Shown: piece by piece, positions 17,469 to 27,464 of the stretch
Numbering within the stretch: position 1 is the first letter of the stretch
Layout of the letters: each line of letters opens with the position of its first letter
Assembly: GCA_947507155.1 (NCBI GenBank)
Contig: CANNOC010000014.1
Coordinates: 1,387 to 65,386 of the forward strand
Length of the DNA stretch: 64,000 nt
Direction of reading: 5' to 3'
DNA from: an uncultured Collinsella sp.
GTDB taxonomy: Bacteria > Actinomycetota > Coriobacteriia > Coriobacteriales > Coriobacteriaceae
Program-made: the position numbers and the translations under genes
Notes under the pieces: generated by a model
What the model was told of the DNA's origin: nothing
Seen by the model: the letters and a program-made list of their open reading frames with translations, nothing else
Database searches by the model: none

Positions 17469-18163
17469 TCGATCGTCTCGATAGGCACGGGATTTTGCTG
17501 GACCGTCTCGCTCTCCACGCGGCCGCTCTTAAAGCGGATCAGGCGATCGGCCATGGGCGCCAGCGCGGAGTTGTGGGTGATGATAATGACCGTGATGTCC
17601 TGCTTGCGGCAGGTGTCCTGTAGCAACTGCAAGATCTGCTTGCCGGTTTTGTAGTCGAGTGCACCCGTGGGCTCGTCGCACAAAAGCAGCTTGGGATTCT
17701 TGGCCAGTGCGCGGGCAATGGACACGCGCTGCTGCTCGCCGCCCGAAAGCTGTGCCGGAAAGTTGCCCAGGCGCTCGCCCAGGCCAACCTGACGAAGCGT
17801 CTGTTCGGCATCAAGCGAATCGGGGCAGATCTGAGCCGCGAGCTCAACGTTTTCGAGGGCCGTCAAGTTGGGGACCAGATTGTAGAACTGGAAGACGAAG
17901 CCGACGTCGGCGCGGCGGTATTCCACGAGCTGCGCCTCGTTGGCGGAGCTCACGTCGCGCCCGTCCACCGTCACGGTGCCGGAAGTCGCCGTATCCATGC
18001 CGCCCAGGATGTTGAGCGCCGTGGTCTTGCCGGCGCCCGAGGCGCCCAGGATAATGGCGAGCTCACCGCGCTCGACCGTAAAACTCGCGCCGTCGAGCGC
18101 GTGAATGCGGGCGTCACCCTCGCCGTATGCCTTGATGACGTCTTTGAATTCGATATAAGCCAT
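17462..18163 (-). CDS. ABC transporter ATP-binding protein (LolD/MacB-like)
   Basis: [26 protein letters not shown]. Confidence 0.93.
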
Positions 18164-18213
18164 CGAGTAATTCCCATCTGGTCGGATAACTCTTTAGTAT
18201 TACCCATTTCCCA

Positions 18214-18251
18214 CCTACCAAAAAGGGACAGGTTTATTTTGGCAGGTTTTA
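18214..18251. repeat. Short repeat family F, copy 3 (reverse orientation)
   Basis: Reverse complement TAAAACCTGCCAAAATAAACCTGTCCCTTTTTGGTAGG. Confidence 0.65.
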
Positions 18252-19622
18252 GAGGCGGACGGTAAAGGTGATCTGGTTACCGTGGCCGCAGACAGAAGCA
18301 CTCCCGCCATGGGCCTCGGCGATGGCTCGCACCACAGATAGGCCCACGCCCGAGCCGCCCGTCTTGGAGTTACGCGAGACATCTGCGCGGTAGAAGCGGT
18401 CAAACAGCCGGTCCAGGTCACCCTCGGGCAGCTCATCAACAGCATTCGATACGACAAGCTCGGCCGAGCCTTTGCCCGCACCGCGCGAGGCTGCGCGCAG
18501 GCTTAGCTCAATCACGCCGCCCTCGCTTGCGTAGCGTGTGGCGTTGTCCAGCAGCAACTCAACCACCTGTGCCACCGCCGCAACATCGGCATGGGCCCGC
18601 ACGCCGCTCGCAATCGACGTCGACAGACGCTTGCCGCGCGAAACCGCCACCGACTCAAACGGCGCCGCCGCCTTGTCCACGGCCTCCGAAAGATCGATCG
18701 ATGTCATGGTAAAGCCGGCCGAACCCTCGTCCATACGCGCCAGGAACACCAGACGCTCCGTCAGCGCCGTCAGCCGCGCGACCTGCTCGTGAATGCTCTG
18801 CGTCCATTCGCTCTCGCCGCTCTCGATTTCCTGCACCTCGTTGGCGGCGTCGATCACAGCTAGCGGCGTCTTGATCTCGTGGCTTGCATCGGTAATAAAG
18901 CGCTTTTGCTTGCTGTAGCTCTCGACCATCGGCCGAATCACCGCACCCGAGGCGCCCGCCACAATTGCCAGCACTGCCAACCAGCCAATGCAACTGATTG
19001 CCACGCTCGCGCTCAAAAACGAATGAAAGCTTGCAAGCTCACGCGAGCAGTCCACGAACACATAGGTGGTCTCACCGTCTTGAACGTCAGTCGTATAGCG
19101 ATAATTGCCAGAAAAACCCGAGACCCAACCCTTGGAATGCAACTTTGCGGCAATACTGGCGGCGCGCTTGGCACCCACCGCGGCAATGCGGGCCGTGTTG
19201 ACATCGGCAACCTGTCCGGCGGCAATCGTCACCGTAAAGTAGCGCGTGTCAAAGGGAGCTTCCGCCGTCATGCCTTCAAAACGCCCGTCGCGAACAGCCG
19301 CCTGGTTACCAGTAGCAACCTTGCCGGCAACCGCATCCTGGCCGGGATCGGCTTTAGGCTCGTTCCCCCAATCGATACCGTCCTTGCCCGCCAGGATATA
19401 GTCCAGGCGAGCGTCGGCCATCTTGCAGACATGCGAATAATTGACGATGTTGATGCCGGCGATGATGAGCGTGAGCACCACGGTCACGGCGCCCATGGCA
19501 ACCAGGATGAACTTGCGACGCAGGCGGCGGCCCAATGCGTCAGCAGAATTTGCCCGCCCCGTACTACTCGAGGCGGCGTGAAACCGCTCCGTCATGCGTT
19601 TACACCACGTGCGCACGCTCAC
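18249..19622 (-). CDS. Sensor histidine kinase
   Basis: DASHEIKTPL, LLDNA, FDRFYRAD, GSGVGLS; two TM segments; 4-nt overlap with the regulator. Confidence 0.93.
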   Translation of the reverse strand: MSVRTWCKRMTERFHAASSSTGRANSADALGRRLRRKFILVAMGAVTVVLTLIIAGINIVNYSHVCKMADARLDYILAGKDGIDWGNEPKADPGQDAVAGKVATGNQAAVRDGRFEGMTAEAPFDTRYFTVTIAAGQVADVNTARIAAVGAKRAASIAAKLHSKGWVSGFSGNYRYTTDVQDGETTYVFVDCSRELASFHSFLSASVAISCIGWLAVLAIVAGASGAVIRPMVESYSKQKRFITDASHEIKTPLAVIDAANEVQEIESGESEWTQSIHEQVARLTALTERLVFLARMDEGSAGFTMTSIDLSEAVDKAAAPFESVAVSRGKRLSTSIASGVRAHADVAAVAQVVELLLDNATRYASEGGVIELSLRAASRGAGKGSAELVVSNAVDELPEGDLDRLFDRFYRADVSRNSKTGGSGVGLSVVRAIAEAHGGSASVCGHGNQITFTVRL

Positions 19623-20308
19623 GCCTGCTCGCCTTCCTCGACAACCTCAAGCGAATATCCCTGGTTGCGCGACGCGCGGATGGCCACATTGGCACCCAGC
19701 GCCGCCAGCTTTTTGCGCAGGTACGAGATGTAGACCCACACCACGTTGGCGCCTTCGGGCGCGTCCTCACCCCAAACCTCGAGCATCAGACGCTCGGTGG
19801 GCATGCGCGTGCCGGCGTTGCGCATAAAGAGTTCCATAAGCTGAAACTCGCGATTGGCTAGGTGTTCCTCGCCCAAGGGACCCACAAGCGTGCAAGCCGC
19901 CGTATCGAGGCGCACGTTGCCCACACTGAGCGTCGTGGCATCGATCGCAGTCGCGGCACGCGTCATGGCGCGAATGCGCGCGAGCAGTTCCTTGGCGGCA
20001 AACGGCTTGGTCAGGTAATCGTTGGCGCCGGCGTCCAGGCCCTCGACCTTATCGGACACCTCGCTTTTGGCCGTGAGCATGATGATGGGCAGTCGCTTAC
20101 CGGCGGCGCGCGTGCGCTTGAGCACGTCGATGCCATCCATGCCGGGCATCATGATGTCCAGGATTGCGGCGTCATAGTCGTTGGCGAGCAGATATTCGAG
20201 CGCCGTCAGACCGTCGAGGGCGGTATCGACCTCGTAGTCGCTATGTTGAAGAATCGCGGTAAGAGCGCGGGAGAGGCCGGGTTCGTCTTCGGCAAGCATC
20301 AGCTTCAT
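19619..20308 (-). CDS. OmpR-family response regulator
   Basis: LAEDE, LDIMMPG, LTAK, KPF, winged-helix C-terminus. Confidence 0.93.
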   Translation of the reverse strand: MKLMLAEDEPGLSRALTAILQHSDYEVDTALDGLTALEYLLANDYDAAILDIMMPGMDGIDVLKRTRAAGKRLPIIMLTAKSEVSDKVEGLDAGANDYLTKPFAAKELLARIRAMTRAATAIDATTLSVGNVRLDTAACTLVGPLGEEHLANREFQLMELFMRNAGTRMPTERLMLEVWGEDAPEGANVVWVYISYLRKKLAALGANVAIRASRNQGYSLEVVEEGEQA

Positions 20309-20536
20309 GGTTGTTCCTTTGGCGCACGGCTATACAGGTTTCGATACCGCCGATGATAGCGCACCGCCAGCCGTCTTAGCGCAGCCTTAGCTGCTCAACC
20401 TGCGCGTTTTCAAATACGCAGGATATGGCTTAACCAAACTTAAGGCTCAGATGCCGAGCGCTTGGACGCATGCCGGTCGCGAAAAGACGGCGACTCGTTC
20501 TTTCACGGCGTCTTGGCTATGCAAAGTGCCCTGGCG

Positions 20537-21115
20537 TTACTCCTCGTACGCACCCTCGAGCCGCAGCAGCCACTCCTTGCGGTCAAGGCCGCCGGCATAT
20601 CCGTTGAGCGATCCGTCGGCCGCCACCACGCGATGGCACGGCACGATAATCGAAATGGGATTACGTGCGACCGCAGCCCCCACCGCACGAGGAGACACAA
20701 CGGGCGCCTCGTTTCCCGGTACACGATGTCGAGCCGCAACACGCTGGGCGATCTCGCCATACGTGGCAACCTCGCCACGCGGAATGGAAAGCAGCTCGTA
20801 CCAAACTTCACGCTGAAACGCCGTACCGATCATATGCAACGGCGGCGTAAACCGAGGTTCCTGCCCTGCAAAATAAGCATTCAGCCAAGCCCAGGAACGC
20901 TCAAGCACCGAAGAGGCCGCACCATTTGCGGGACTCAACGACGACATGCCACCAGTACCAGAAACCGCATCGGCACCTTCAACGTACTCCGCATCTTCTT
21001 TGAGAAGCGTGGAGCCAAAGTGCTCCTGCCCCTCAAACCAAAGCCCCGTCAGACCGCGGCCATCAGCGGCAAGCAGGATTTCGCCCAAAGGCGAAGCAAA
21101 TGTCGTCGTGACCAC
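20537..21115 (-). CDS. ogt: Methylated-DNA--protein-cysteine methyltransferase
   Basis: GTAFQREVW, ATYGEIA, PCHRV. Confidence 0.9.
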   Translation of the reverse strand: MVTTTFASPLGEILLAADGRGLTGLWFEGQEHFGSTLLKEDAEYVEGADAVSGTGGMSSLSPANGAASSVLERSWAWLNAYFAGQEPRFTPPLHMIGTAFQREVWYELLSIPRGEVATYGEIAQRVAARHRVPGNEAPVVSPRAVGAAVARNPISIIVPCHRVVAADGSLNGYAGGLDRKEWLLRLEGAYEE

Positions 21116-21281
21116 CAGCGGCTCCTTTCAAAACTTCGCAAACATAATACCGCGAACTGTGCAGACAACCTGTCAGATACACCTGGGCAGGCTCGTAATT
21201 GTTTAAGCGAGGCCGCTTTCCCCAATCAAGCGAAAAAGACGCAGGGCTTCGACGCCAGAGCGGCACCTCTATCAGCTGAGC

Positions 21282-21453
21282 TCTAGTACTTTCCCGAGAA
21301 GTGAACGAGTAAAAACGAAGCCCCGGAGCATCCACACCTTTAGCCCGCAAAACCGCAGGATTCGCGCAGAAAAACCGCAGGAAATAGCGGTCAAAATATG
21401 CCAATGCTTCGGGGGTCCAAATAAGGTCGTTCACTTCTCGGAAAAGTATTAGA
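21282..21453. mobile_element. MITE-like element H with 27-bp terminal inverted repeats
   Basis: TCTAGTACTTTCCCGAGAAGTGAACGA vs TCGTTCACTTCTCGGAAAAGTATTAGA (2 mismatches). Confidence 0.55.
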
Positions 21454-21480
21454 CCTCGATTCGCACCAACCCCAAAGTCA

Positions 21481-21610
21481 CCCCAGGCAGCAGGCGCGAA
21501 GCGCCGCAGCTGCCGTCACGCCCCGCAGCCACCCCAGGCAGCAGGCGCGAACGCGCCGCAGTTGCCGGCCGCGCCCCACAGTCCCCCAAGGCAGCAGGCG
21601 CGAAGCGCCG
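21481..21610. repeat. Degenerate GC-rich tandem repeat, 3 units of ~51-53 bp
   Basis: CCCCAGGCAGCAGGCGCGAAGCGCCG core at 21481, 21532 and ~21584. Confidence 0.75.
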
Positions 21611-21720
21611 GGGCCGCCGCCGGGACCAGGGCCCACAACAGCCACGTGCCCTCGCATCAGCCCAGCGGCCCCAACCAACAACGGCCCCATCGCAGGCCGC
21701 TCGCAGCAGCGTCACCGCAG

Positions 21721-21848
21721 GCGGGGGCCGGGCTTAGTTTTCAGAACACTCCGCAGACCAGTGTGGCGCCTTGTCCGCAGCTCCGAAGGAGCAGGACAAG
21801 GCGCCACACATGGTCGAGGACGTTCTGAAAACTAAGCCCGGCCCCGCC
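21721..21848 (-). repeat. Long nested palindrome family A, copy 2
   Basis: 24-bp outer arms; ACTCCGCAGACC ... CGAAG ... ATGGTCGAGGAC on the + strand; follows the asd stop. Confidence 0.82.
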
Positions 21849-21860
21849 GGACAGGTCGCA

Positions 21861-22886
21861 CTACTCGCAGAGCAGCTTAGCGATCTGGACGGCGTTGGTT
21901 GCCGCGCCCTTACGGATTTGGTCGCCGCAGCACCAGAAGGTGATGCCACGCGCGGCCTCTGGGTTCGAGATGTCGCGACGCACGCGGCCGACCCAGATCA
22001 GGTCCTGGTCGGAGGTGTCCATCGGCATGGGGAAGCGATCGTGCGCATCCTCGGCAGCCATATCGTCAACCAGCTTGACGCCGGGAGCGGCAGCCAGCGC
22101 AGCACGGGCCTCGTCAACCGTAATGTCGCGCTCAAACTCAAGCGTAATGCTCTCGGAGTGCGAGCGCAGCACGGGCACGCGCACGCAGGTGCAGTTCACG
22201 CGCAGCTCGGGCAGGTGCATAATCTTGCGGCCCTCGTTTTGCAGCTTCATCTCCTCGGATGTAAAGCCCTCTTCCTTGACGCCGCCAATCTGCGGAATCA
22301 GGTTGCTCGCCAGCTGGGCGGCAAATGCGCGCGGCTCGGGAATCTCCTCGCCACGGCCCAGGGCGGCCAGCTGAGCCTCGAGCTCGGCCATACCGGGAGC
22401 GCCGGCACCCGAAGCCGCCTGATACGTCGAGACGATCATACGCTTCACGCCGGCGAGCTGGTGCAGCGGCCACGTGGGAACCAGACCGATGATGGTCGCG
22501 CAGTTGGGGTTGGCGATAAGGCCGTGATGCCACTTGATATCGTCGGCATTGATCTCGGGCACGACCAGCGGCACCTCGGGATCCATGCGGAAGGCATGGC
22601 TGTTGTCGACCACGACAGCGCCGCGCTTGACGGCCTCGGGCAGTAGCTCCTTCGCGATATCGTCGCCAGCGGCTCCGAGCACAATATCACAGCCCTCAAA
22701 GGCCTCGGGGCAAGCCTCCTCGATTACGATCTGCTCGCCGCGGAACTCAACGGTCTTGCCCGCGGAGCGTGCACTCGCCAGCAGCTTGAGCTTACCGACC
22801 GGGAACTCCTGCTCGTTGAGGCACTCGAGCATCTGGGTGCCCACGGCTCCCGTCGCGCCCAAAATAGCAACCGTGTACTGTTTCAT
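21861..22886 (-). CDS. asd: Aspartate-semialdehyde dehydrogenase
   Basis: GATGAVG, ANPNCATI, STYQAASGAG, TCVRVPV, DQIRKGAATN; start at MKQYTV (22886). Confidence 0.95.
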   Translation of the reverse strand: MKQYTVAILGATGAVGTQMLECLNEQEFPVGKLKLLASARSAGKTVEFRGEQIVIEEACPEAFEGCDIVLGAAGDDIAKELLPEAVKRGAVVVDNSHAFRMDPEVPLVVPEINADDIKWHHGLIANPNCATIIGLVPTWPLHQLAGVKRMIVSTYQAASGAGAPGMAELEAQLAALGRGEEIPEPRAFAAQLASNLIPQIGGVKEEGFTSEEMKLQNEGRKIMHLPELRVNCTCVRVPVLRSHSESITLEFERDITVDEARAALAAAPGVKLVDDMAAEDAHDRFPMPMDTSDQDLIWVGRVRRDISNPEAARGITFWCCGDQIRKGAATNAVQIAKLLCE

Positions 22887-23059
22887 GCTTCCCCCTTTAA
22901 AGGTTGTGGCTTTTGCCCGCACGCCGAGCAGGCCAATTATTGTTGCCAGTGTATACAAGAACGGGGCGGGCACGAAACCCGCCCCGTCGAAACGAAACCG
23001 AAACGAAACGCCCCGCCGTAGATTTTTGAAACATGACCCAAAAATCTACCGAGCAGTCG

Positions 23060-24448
23060 CTACTTTTTGAGCGCAGCCAGAGCGGGATCGACCGGCGCGG
23101 GAGCCTCCAAGTCGGAAACCTTCACAATGCCGTTCTCATCGGAGAAGGCACGGTAAATGGTCTGAATCGCAAGGTCGAAGTCCTTCTCCTCGACACCGAT
23201 AATGATGTTGATCTCGTCGCAGCTCTGCGAAATCATACGCACGCTCACGCCCGCCTGGCCAAGCATGCCAAACAGGTGGCCAGAGATGCCGGCACGACCG
23301 CGCAGGTTACGACCGACGGTCGCGATAAGTGCCAGACCCTCGACAACCTCGATCTCGAGCGGCTCGACCTCCTGCTGAATGTCGCCCACGAGCGAGTACA
23401 GCGAATCGTGCACGTCCTGTTCCTGTACCACGGCGCCAAAGCGGTCGACACCGGTGGGCATGTGCTCGACGGAAACGTCATAGCGCTCGAACACCGAAAG
23501 CGCGCGGCGCATAAAGCCGACACGGGGCTTGGTGCGGTCGCGGGCAACGTTGATGGCAACAAAGCCGCGCTTGCCAGTCACGCCGGTAATGATGGGCTCT
23601 GCCTCGCCCTCATCAGCCGTCTCGCTAATGATGGTGCCGGGGTCCTGCGGCGCATTGGTGTTCTTGATGACCAGCGGAATACCCGCCTCGCGCACGGGGA
23701 ACACGGCCTCCTCGTGCAGGACGCTTGCGCCCATGTACGAAAGCTCGCGCAGCTCCTCGTAGGTAACGCGCGCAATGGGCTGAGCCTCGGGAACAATACG
23801 CGGATCGGCAGAATAGAAGCCCGAGACGTCGGTCCAGTTCTCGTACAGGTCGGCGCCCAGGCACTTGGCCAGAATCGAGCCGGAAATATCGCCGCCGCCA
23901 CGGTCGAGCAGCTTGATCTGGCCCTCACGCGTCGCGCCGTAGAAACCGGGCATAACAAAGCCGCCCTGCTGGCCGTACTCCTGCACCAACTCGGAGGTAC
24001 GGTTCATGCTGAGCGTACCGTCGTGATGGAACGCCACAACCGTCGCGGCGTCCAGGAACGGCAGGCCTAGGTACTCGGCCATCAGGCGAGCGGTGAAGTA
24101 CTCGCCGCGGCTCACAAGCTCCTCGGTGGAGTAGCCGCCCGAGCGGGCGCGCTCGGCAAAGGCCGCGAACTCCTCGCGGATGGGATAGGTGAGCTCCAGC
24201 TCGTCAGCGATATCAAAATAGCGTTGGCCGATGTCCTCGAGCAGCTCCTCACACGACACGTGATACTTAACGTGCGCGTTAACCAGGTAGAGTAGGTCGG
24301 TCACCTTGGTGTCGCCCTTAAAGCGGCGGCCGCAGGCGGAAACCACCACAAAACGGCGGGCAGGGTCGGCGTCGACGATGGCCTTGATCTTTTTGAAGTG
24401 TTCGGCGTCGGCGACCGACGAGCCGCCAAACTTGGCAATCTTAATCAT
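23060..24448 (-). CDS. lysC: Aspartate kinase with ACT domains
   Basis: AKFGGSSVAD, DRGGGDISG, WTDVSG, ELSYMGASVLH. Confidence 0.92.
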   Translation of the reverse strand: MIKIAKFGGSSVADAEHFKKIKAIVDADPARRFVVVSACGRRFKGDTKVTDLLYLVNAHVKYHVSCEELLEDIGQRYFDIADELELTYPIREEFAAFAERARSGGYSTEELVSRGEYFTARLMAEYLGLPFLDAATVVAFHHDGTLSMNRTSELVQEYGQQGGFVMPGFYGATREGQIKLLDRGGGDISGSILAKCLGADLYENWTDVSGFYSADPRIVPEAQPIARVTYEELRELSYMGASVLHEEAVFPVREAGIPLVIKNTNAPQDPGTIISETADEGEAEPIITGVTGKRGFVAINVARDRTKPRVGFMRRALSVFERYDVSVEHMPTGVDRFGAVVQEQDVHDSLYSLVGDIQQEVEPLEIEVVEGLALIATVGRNLRGRAGISGHLFGMLGQAGVSVRMISQSCDEINIIIGVEEKDFDLAIQTIYRAFSDENGIVKVSDLEAPAPVDPALAALKK

Positions 24449-24552
24449 GGGCTGGAGGTTACCTTTCTAAAAAGCCTCTGCGAACCTATTTTGCGCGCTC
24501 TGATACCATGGTTTCACCGATTGGGACCAAGGCATCCGAGGAGCAGTGTTAT

Positions 24553-26070
24553 ATGGGAACTTATCATAGTACACGAGGACGCACTTTATCGTGCTCAAGT
24601 AAGGTGGCAATCCGTACCGGCATCGCTCCCGACGGGGGTTTGTTTGTCTCGGACGAGCTCGGCACCCAGCAGGTCGATATCAGCTCGCTTGCAGATAAAT
24701 CGTACTTTGAAATCGCTCAAGATGTGTTGGGAATGTTACTGAATGATTACACGGCCGAAGAAATTTCGACGTGTGTCGACGAGGCATACCGTGGCACGTT
24801 CGCGAGCGAAGAGGTCACGCCGCTCGTCAAACTCGACGCCGCACCGGGCGCCGACGCCCCTCAGACCTATGTGATGGAGCTCTTTGGCGGCCCCACAAGC
24901 GCCTTCAAGGACGTCGCCCTGCAAATGCTCCCCCGCCTCATGGCCCGCACTTCCGCCAAGGACGGCGGCGCCGAGCGCATCATGATCGTCACCGCCACGT
25001 CGGGCGACACGGGCAAGGCCGCGCTCGCCGGTTTTGCCGACGCTCCGGGCACGGGCATCACCGTTTTTTATCCCGAGGGCAAGGTCAGCCGCGTTCAGAA
25101 CCTGCAGATGTCCACGCAGGAGGGCGATAACGTCGCCGTCTGCGGCATCCGCGGCAACTTTGACGACGCCCAGAGCGCCGTCAAGCGCATCTTTGCCGAT
25201 AAGGAGCTTGCCGAGCGCCTGGAGGCCGCTGGCACTGTGCTTTCGAGCGCCAACTCCATCAATGTCGGCCGTCTGGTACCGCAGGTCGTCTACTACTTTG
25301 CCGCCTATGCGCAGCTGCTGCGCGCCGGCGCCATCGAGGCCGGCGACACCGTGGAGTTCTGCGTACCGACCGGCAACTTTGGCGATATCCTGGCAGGCTA
25401 CTACGCCAAGCGCATGGGTCTGCCCGTCGCCAAGCTCGTCGTGGCGAGCGACAAGAACAACGTGCTTGCCGACTTCCTGACCACCGGCGTTTACGACCGT
25501 AACCGTCCGTTTTTCACGACCATCTCGCCGTCGATGGACATCCTTATTAGCTCCAACCTGGAGCGCATGCTGTACTTCCTGTCCGATGGCGACTGCGAGC
25601 TCGTTGCCGGCCTTATGGAGCAGCTGGCGCAGACGGGTCGCTACGAGGTGCCCGCCGAGCTGCTAGCCAAGATCCAGAGCGTCTTTGGCTGCGGCTGGGC
25701 CAGCGAGGACGAGGTCCGCGCCGCCATCAAGAGCTGCTGGGATGCGAACGGCTACGTGATCGACCCGCACACCGCTTGCGGCTATCACGTCTTTGAGCAG
25801 GTCGCTCCCGCCGAGGGCGCCAAGGCCCGCGTGCTGCTTTCGACCGCCAGCCCCTACAAGTTCCCGCGCGCCTGCTGCGACGCCCTGGGCCTCGACGTTC
25901 CCGAGGATGATTTTGAGGCTATGCGTGTACTCGAGCAGGCCACCAACACGGTTGCCCCGACCCAGCTCGCCGAGCTCGAGTCCAAGCCCGTCCGTTTCGA
26001 AGACGTCTGCGACGTAGCCGACATGGCCAACTACGTAGAGTCTGCAGCAAAAAAGATGGCTTCCAACTAA
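24553..26070 (+). CDS. thrC: Threonine synthase
   Basis: GIAPDGGL, GPTSAFKD (PLP Lys), ATSGDTG, NSINVGRL, PTGNFG, STASPYKF. Confidence 0.95.
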   Translation: MGTYHSTRGRTLSCSSKVAIRTGIAPDGGLFVSDELGTQQVDISSLADKSYFEIAQDVLGMLLNDYTAEEISTCVDEAYRGTFASEEVTPLVKLDAAPGADAPQTYVMELFGGPTSAFKDVALQMLPRLMARTSAKDGGAERIMIVTATSGDTGKAALAGFADAPGTGITVFYPEGKVSRVQNLQMSTQEGDNVAVCGIRGNFDDAQSAVKRIFADKELAERLEAAGTVLSSANSINVGRLVPQVVYYFAAYAQLLRAGAIEAGDTVEFCVPTGNFGDILAGYYAKRMGLPVAKLVVASDKNNVLADFLTTGVYDRNRPFFTTISPSMDILISSNLERMLYFLSDGDCELVAGLMEQLAQTGRYEVPAELLAKIQSVFGCGWASEDEVRAAIKSCWDANGYVIDPHTACGYHVFEQVAPAEGAKARVLLSTASPYKFPRACCDALGLDVPEDDFEAMRVLEQATNTVAPTQLAELESKPVRFEDVCDVADMANYVESAAKKMASN

Positions 26071-26083
26071 AACCCCTTATAAG

Positions 26084-26113
26084 GCGCCGGCGAAAGCCGG
26101 CGCACTTTCTTTT
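26084..26113 (+). terminator. Intrinsic terminator after thrC
   Basis: GCGCCGGC-GAAA-GCCGGCGC followed by ACTTTCTTTT. Confidence 0.7.
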
Positions 26114-26148
26114 AATTTGGCTCCCCAGCGCGGTGAGGAGACGGCGTA

Positions 26149-26259
26149 GGTCGGTTTCACGCTTGCTCCGTCGCGAGTTCCGCACGAGCCGAAGGCCACT
26201 AAATGTGGCCTTCGTGCGAGCAGGACTGTCCGAGCAGCGGAGCAAGCGTGAAACCGACC
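26149..26259. repeat. Divergent family A-like palindrome upstream of thrB
   Basis: 22-bp perfect outer arms GGTCGGTTTCACGCTTGCTCCG; TTCCGCAC / TGTCCGAG loop motifs. Confidence 0.6.
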
Positions 26260-26278
26260 CCCAGGAGGACCAACAACA

Positions 26279-27160
26279 ATGATCAAGATCACCGTCCCCG
26301 CCACCAGCGCAAACCTAGGCATCGGCTACGACACCCTCGGCATGGCCGTCAGCCTCTACTCGCACTTCACCTTCGAGCGCGCCGACAAGCTCACCATCAC
26401 GGGCTGCCCCGAGGAGTTCCAAAACGAGAATAACCTGGTCTATGTGAGCTTTGTCGATGCTCTGGCCGCCTGGGGCGAGCCGGCCTTCCCCGTCGCTATC
26501 GACATTCAGACCGACGTGCCCGTCGCCCGCGGCCTGGGTTCCAGCTCCACCTGCGTCGTCGCCGGCATCATGGCGGCCGCCGCGCTGACAGGCCACACCG
26601 TCGACCGCGCCGAACTCGTCCGCATCGCCACCGAGGTCGAGGGCCATCCCGATAACGTCGCCCCCGCCATCCTGGGCGGCGCCGTCTGCTCCTTTACGCC
26701 GACTGATTCGCTCCCCCAGTGCCTGCGCTACGAGGTAAGCGATCGCTTGCGTTTTATTACCGTGATTCCGCCCTACGAGGTGCATACGAGCGAGGCGCGC
26801 AAGGTTGTGCCGCAGGAGATTCCACTCTCCACCGCCGTATGGCAAATGGGCCGCATCGCCGGCATGACGCGCGGCCTGGAGACCGGCGACCTTGACCTGA
26901 TTGCCGCCGCTAATGACGACCGCATTCAGGAGCCCTATCGTCGCCGCCTGATTCCCGACTACAACGCCGTGCGCGACACCTGCCTTAACGGCGGCGCTAA
27001 GACCATCTGGATTAGCGGCTCGGGCTCGACCCTCATGGCTGTGACCGACGACACCATCGTGGCAAAGTTCCTGCAGGTCAAGCTGCGCGAGCAGTTCCCC
27101 AAGTGCGACACGCATATTTTGACGTGCGACACGGAAGGCGCCCAGATCGAATACCTGTAG
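26279..27160 (+). CDS. thrB: Homoserine kinase
   Basis: VPATSANLG, PVARGLGSSS, EGHPDNVAPA, ISGSGST. Confidence 0.95.
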   Translation: MIKITVPATSANLGIGYDTLGMAVSLYSHFTFERADKLTITGCPEEFQNENNLVYVSFVDALAAWGEPAFPVAIDIQTDVPVARGLGSSSTCVVAGIMAAAALTGHTVDRAELVRIATEVEGHPDNVAPAILGGAVCSFTPTDSLPQCLRYEVSDRLRFITVIPPYEVHTSEARKVVPQEIPLSTAVWQMGRIAGMTRGLETGDLDLIAAANDDRIQEPYRRRLIPDYNAVRDTCLNGGAKTIWISGSGSTLMAVTDDTIVAKFLQVKLREQFPKCDTHILTCDTEGAQIEYL

Positions 27161-27336
27161 TCGCCGTCCCGTATACCCGCCGGGGAGGCCAGGGGCTTTG
27201 CCCCCAAATCGTCCTCGGACATGGCAGGACCCCCGCTGCGCACTTCGTGCGGCGGGGGTCCTGCCGTCCTGCGGAAAGATTTGGGGGCAAAGCCCCTGGC
27301 CTCCCCTACGTTAACTTCGCTGGCGGCGGCTACAGG
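27154..27336 (+). repeat. Long nested palindrome family A, copy after thrB
   Basis: Core 27182-27306 with CGTCCTCGGACAT...CTTCG...CGTCCTGCGGAA. Confidence 0.88.
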
Positions 27337-27464
27337 GACCTACACTCTGGAAAGTCGCCGGGCTGATAGTTTGGCTTCTATTTGATAAAGGCGCACTTCC
27401 CACCATCTCATTCGCCCTATAGCTTTGTTTTAATTTCTAATTGATGATCGATGCGTGGCGTCAT

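Noticed and set aside
21063-21434. 123-aa minus-strand ORF upstream of ogt
   Set aside because: Runs through MITE-like element H, with no motifs or codon bias
21481-21610. Possible mini CRISPR array
   Set aside because: Only three degenerate units, the spacers resemble each other, and there are no cas genes or AT-rich leader
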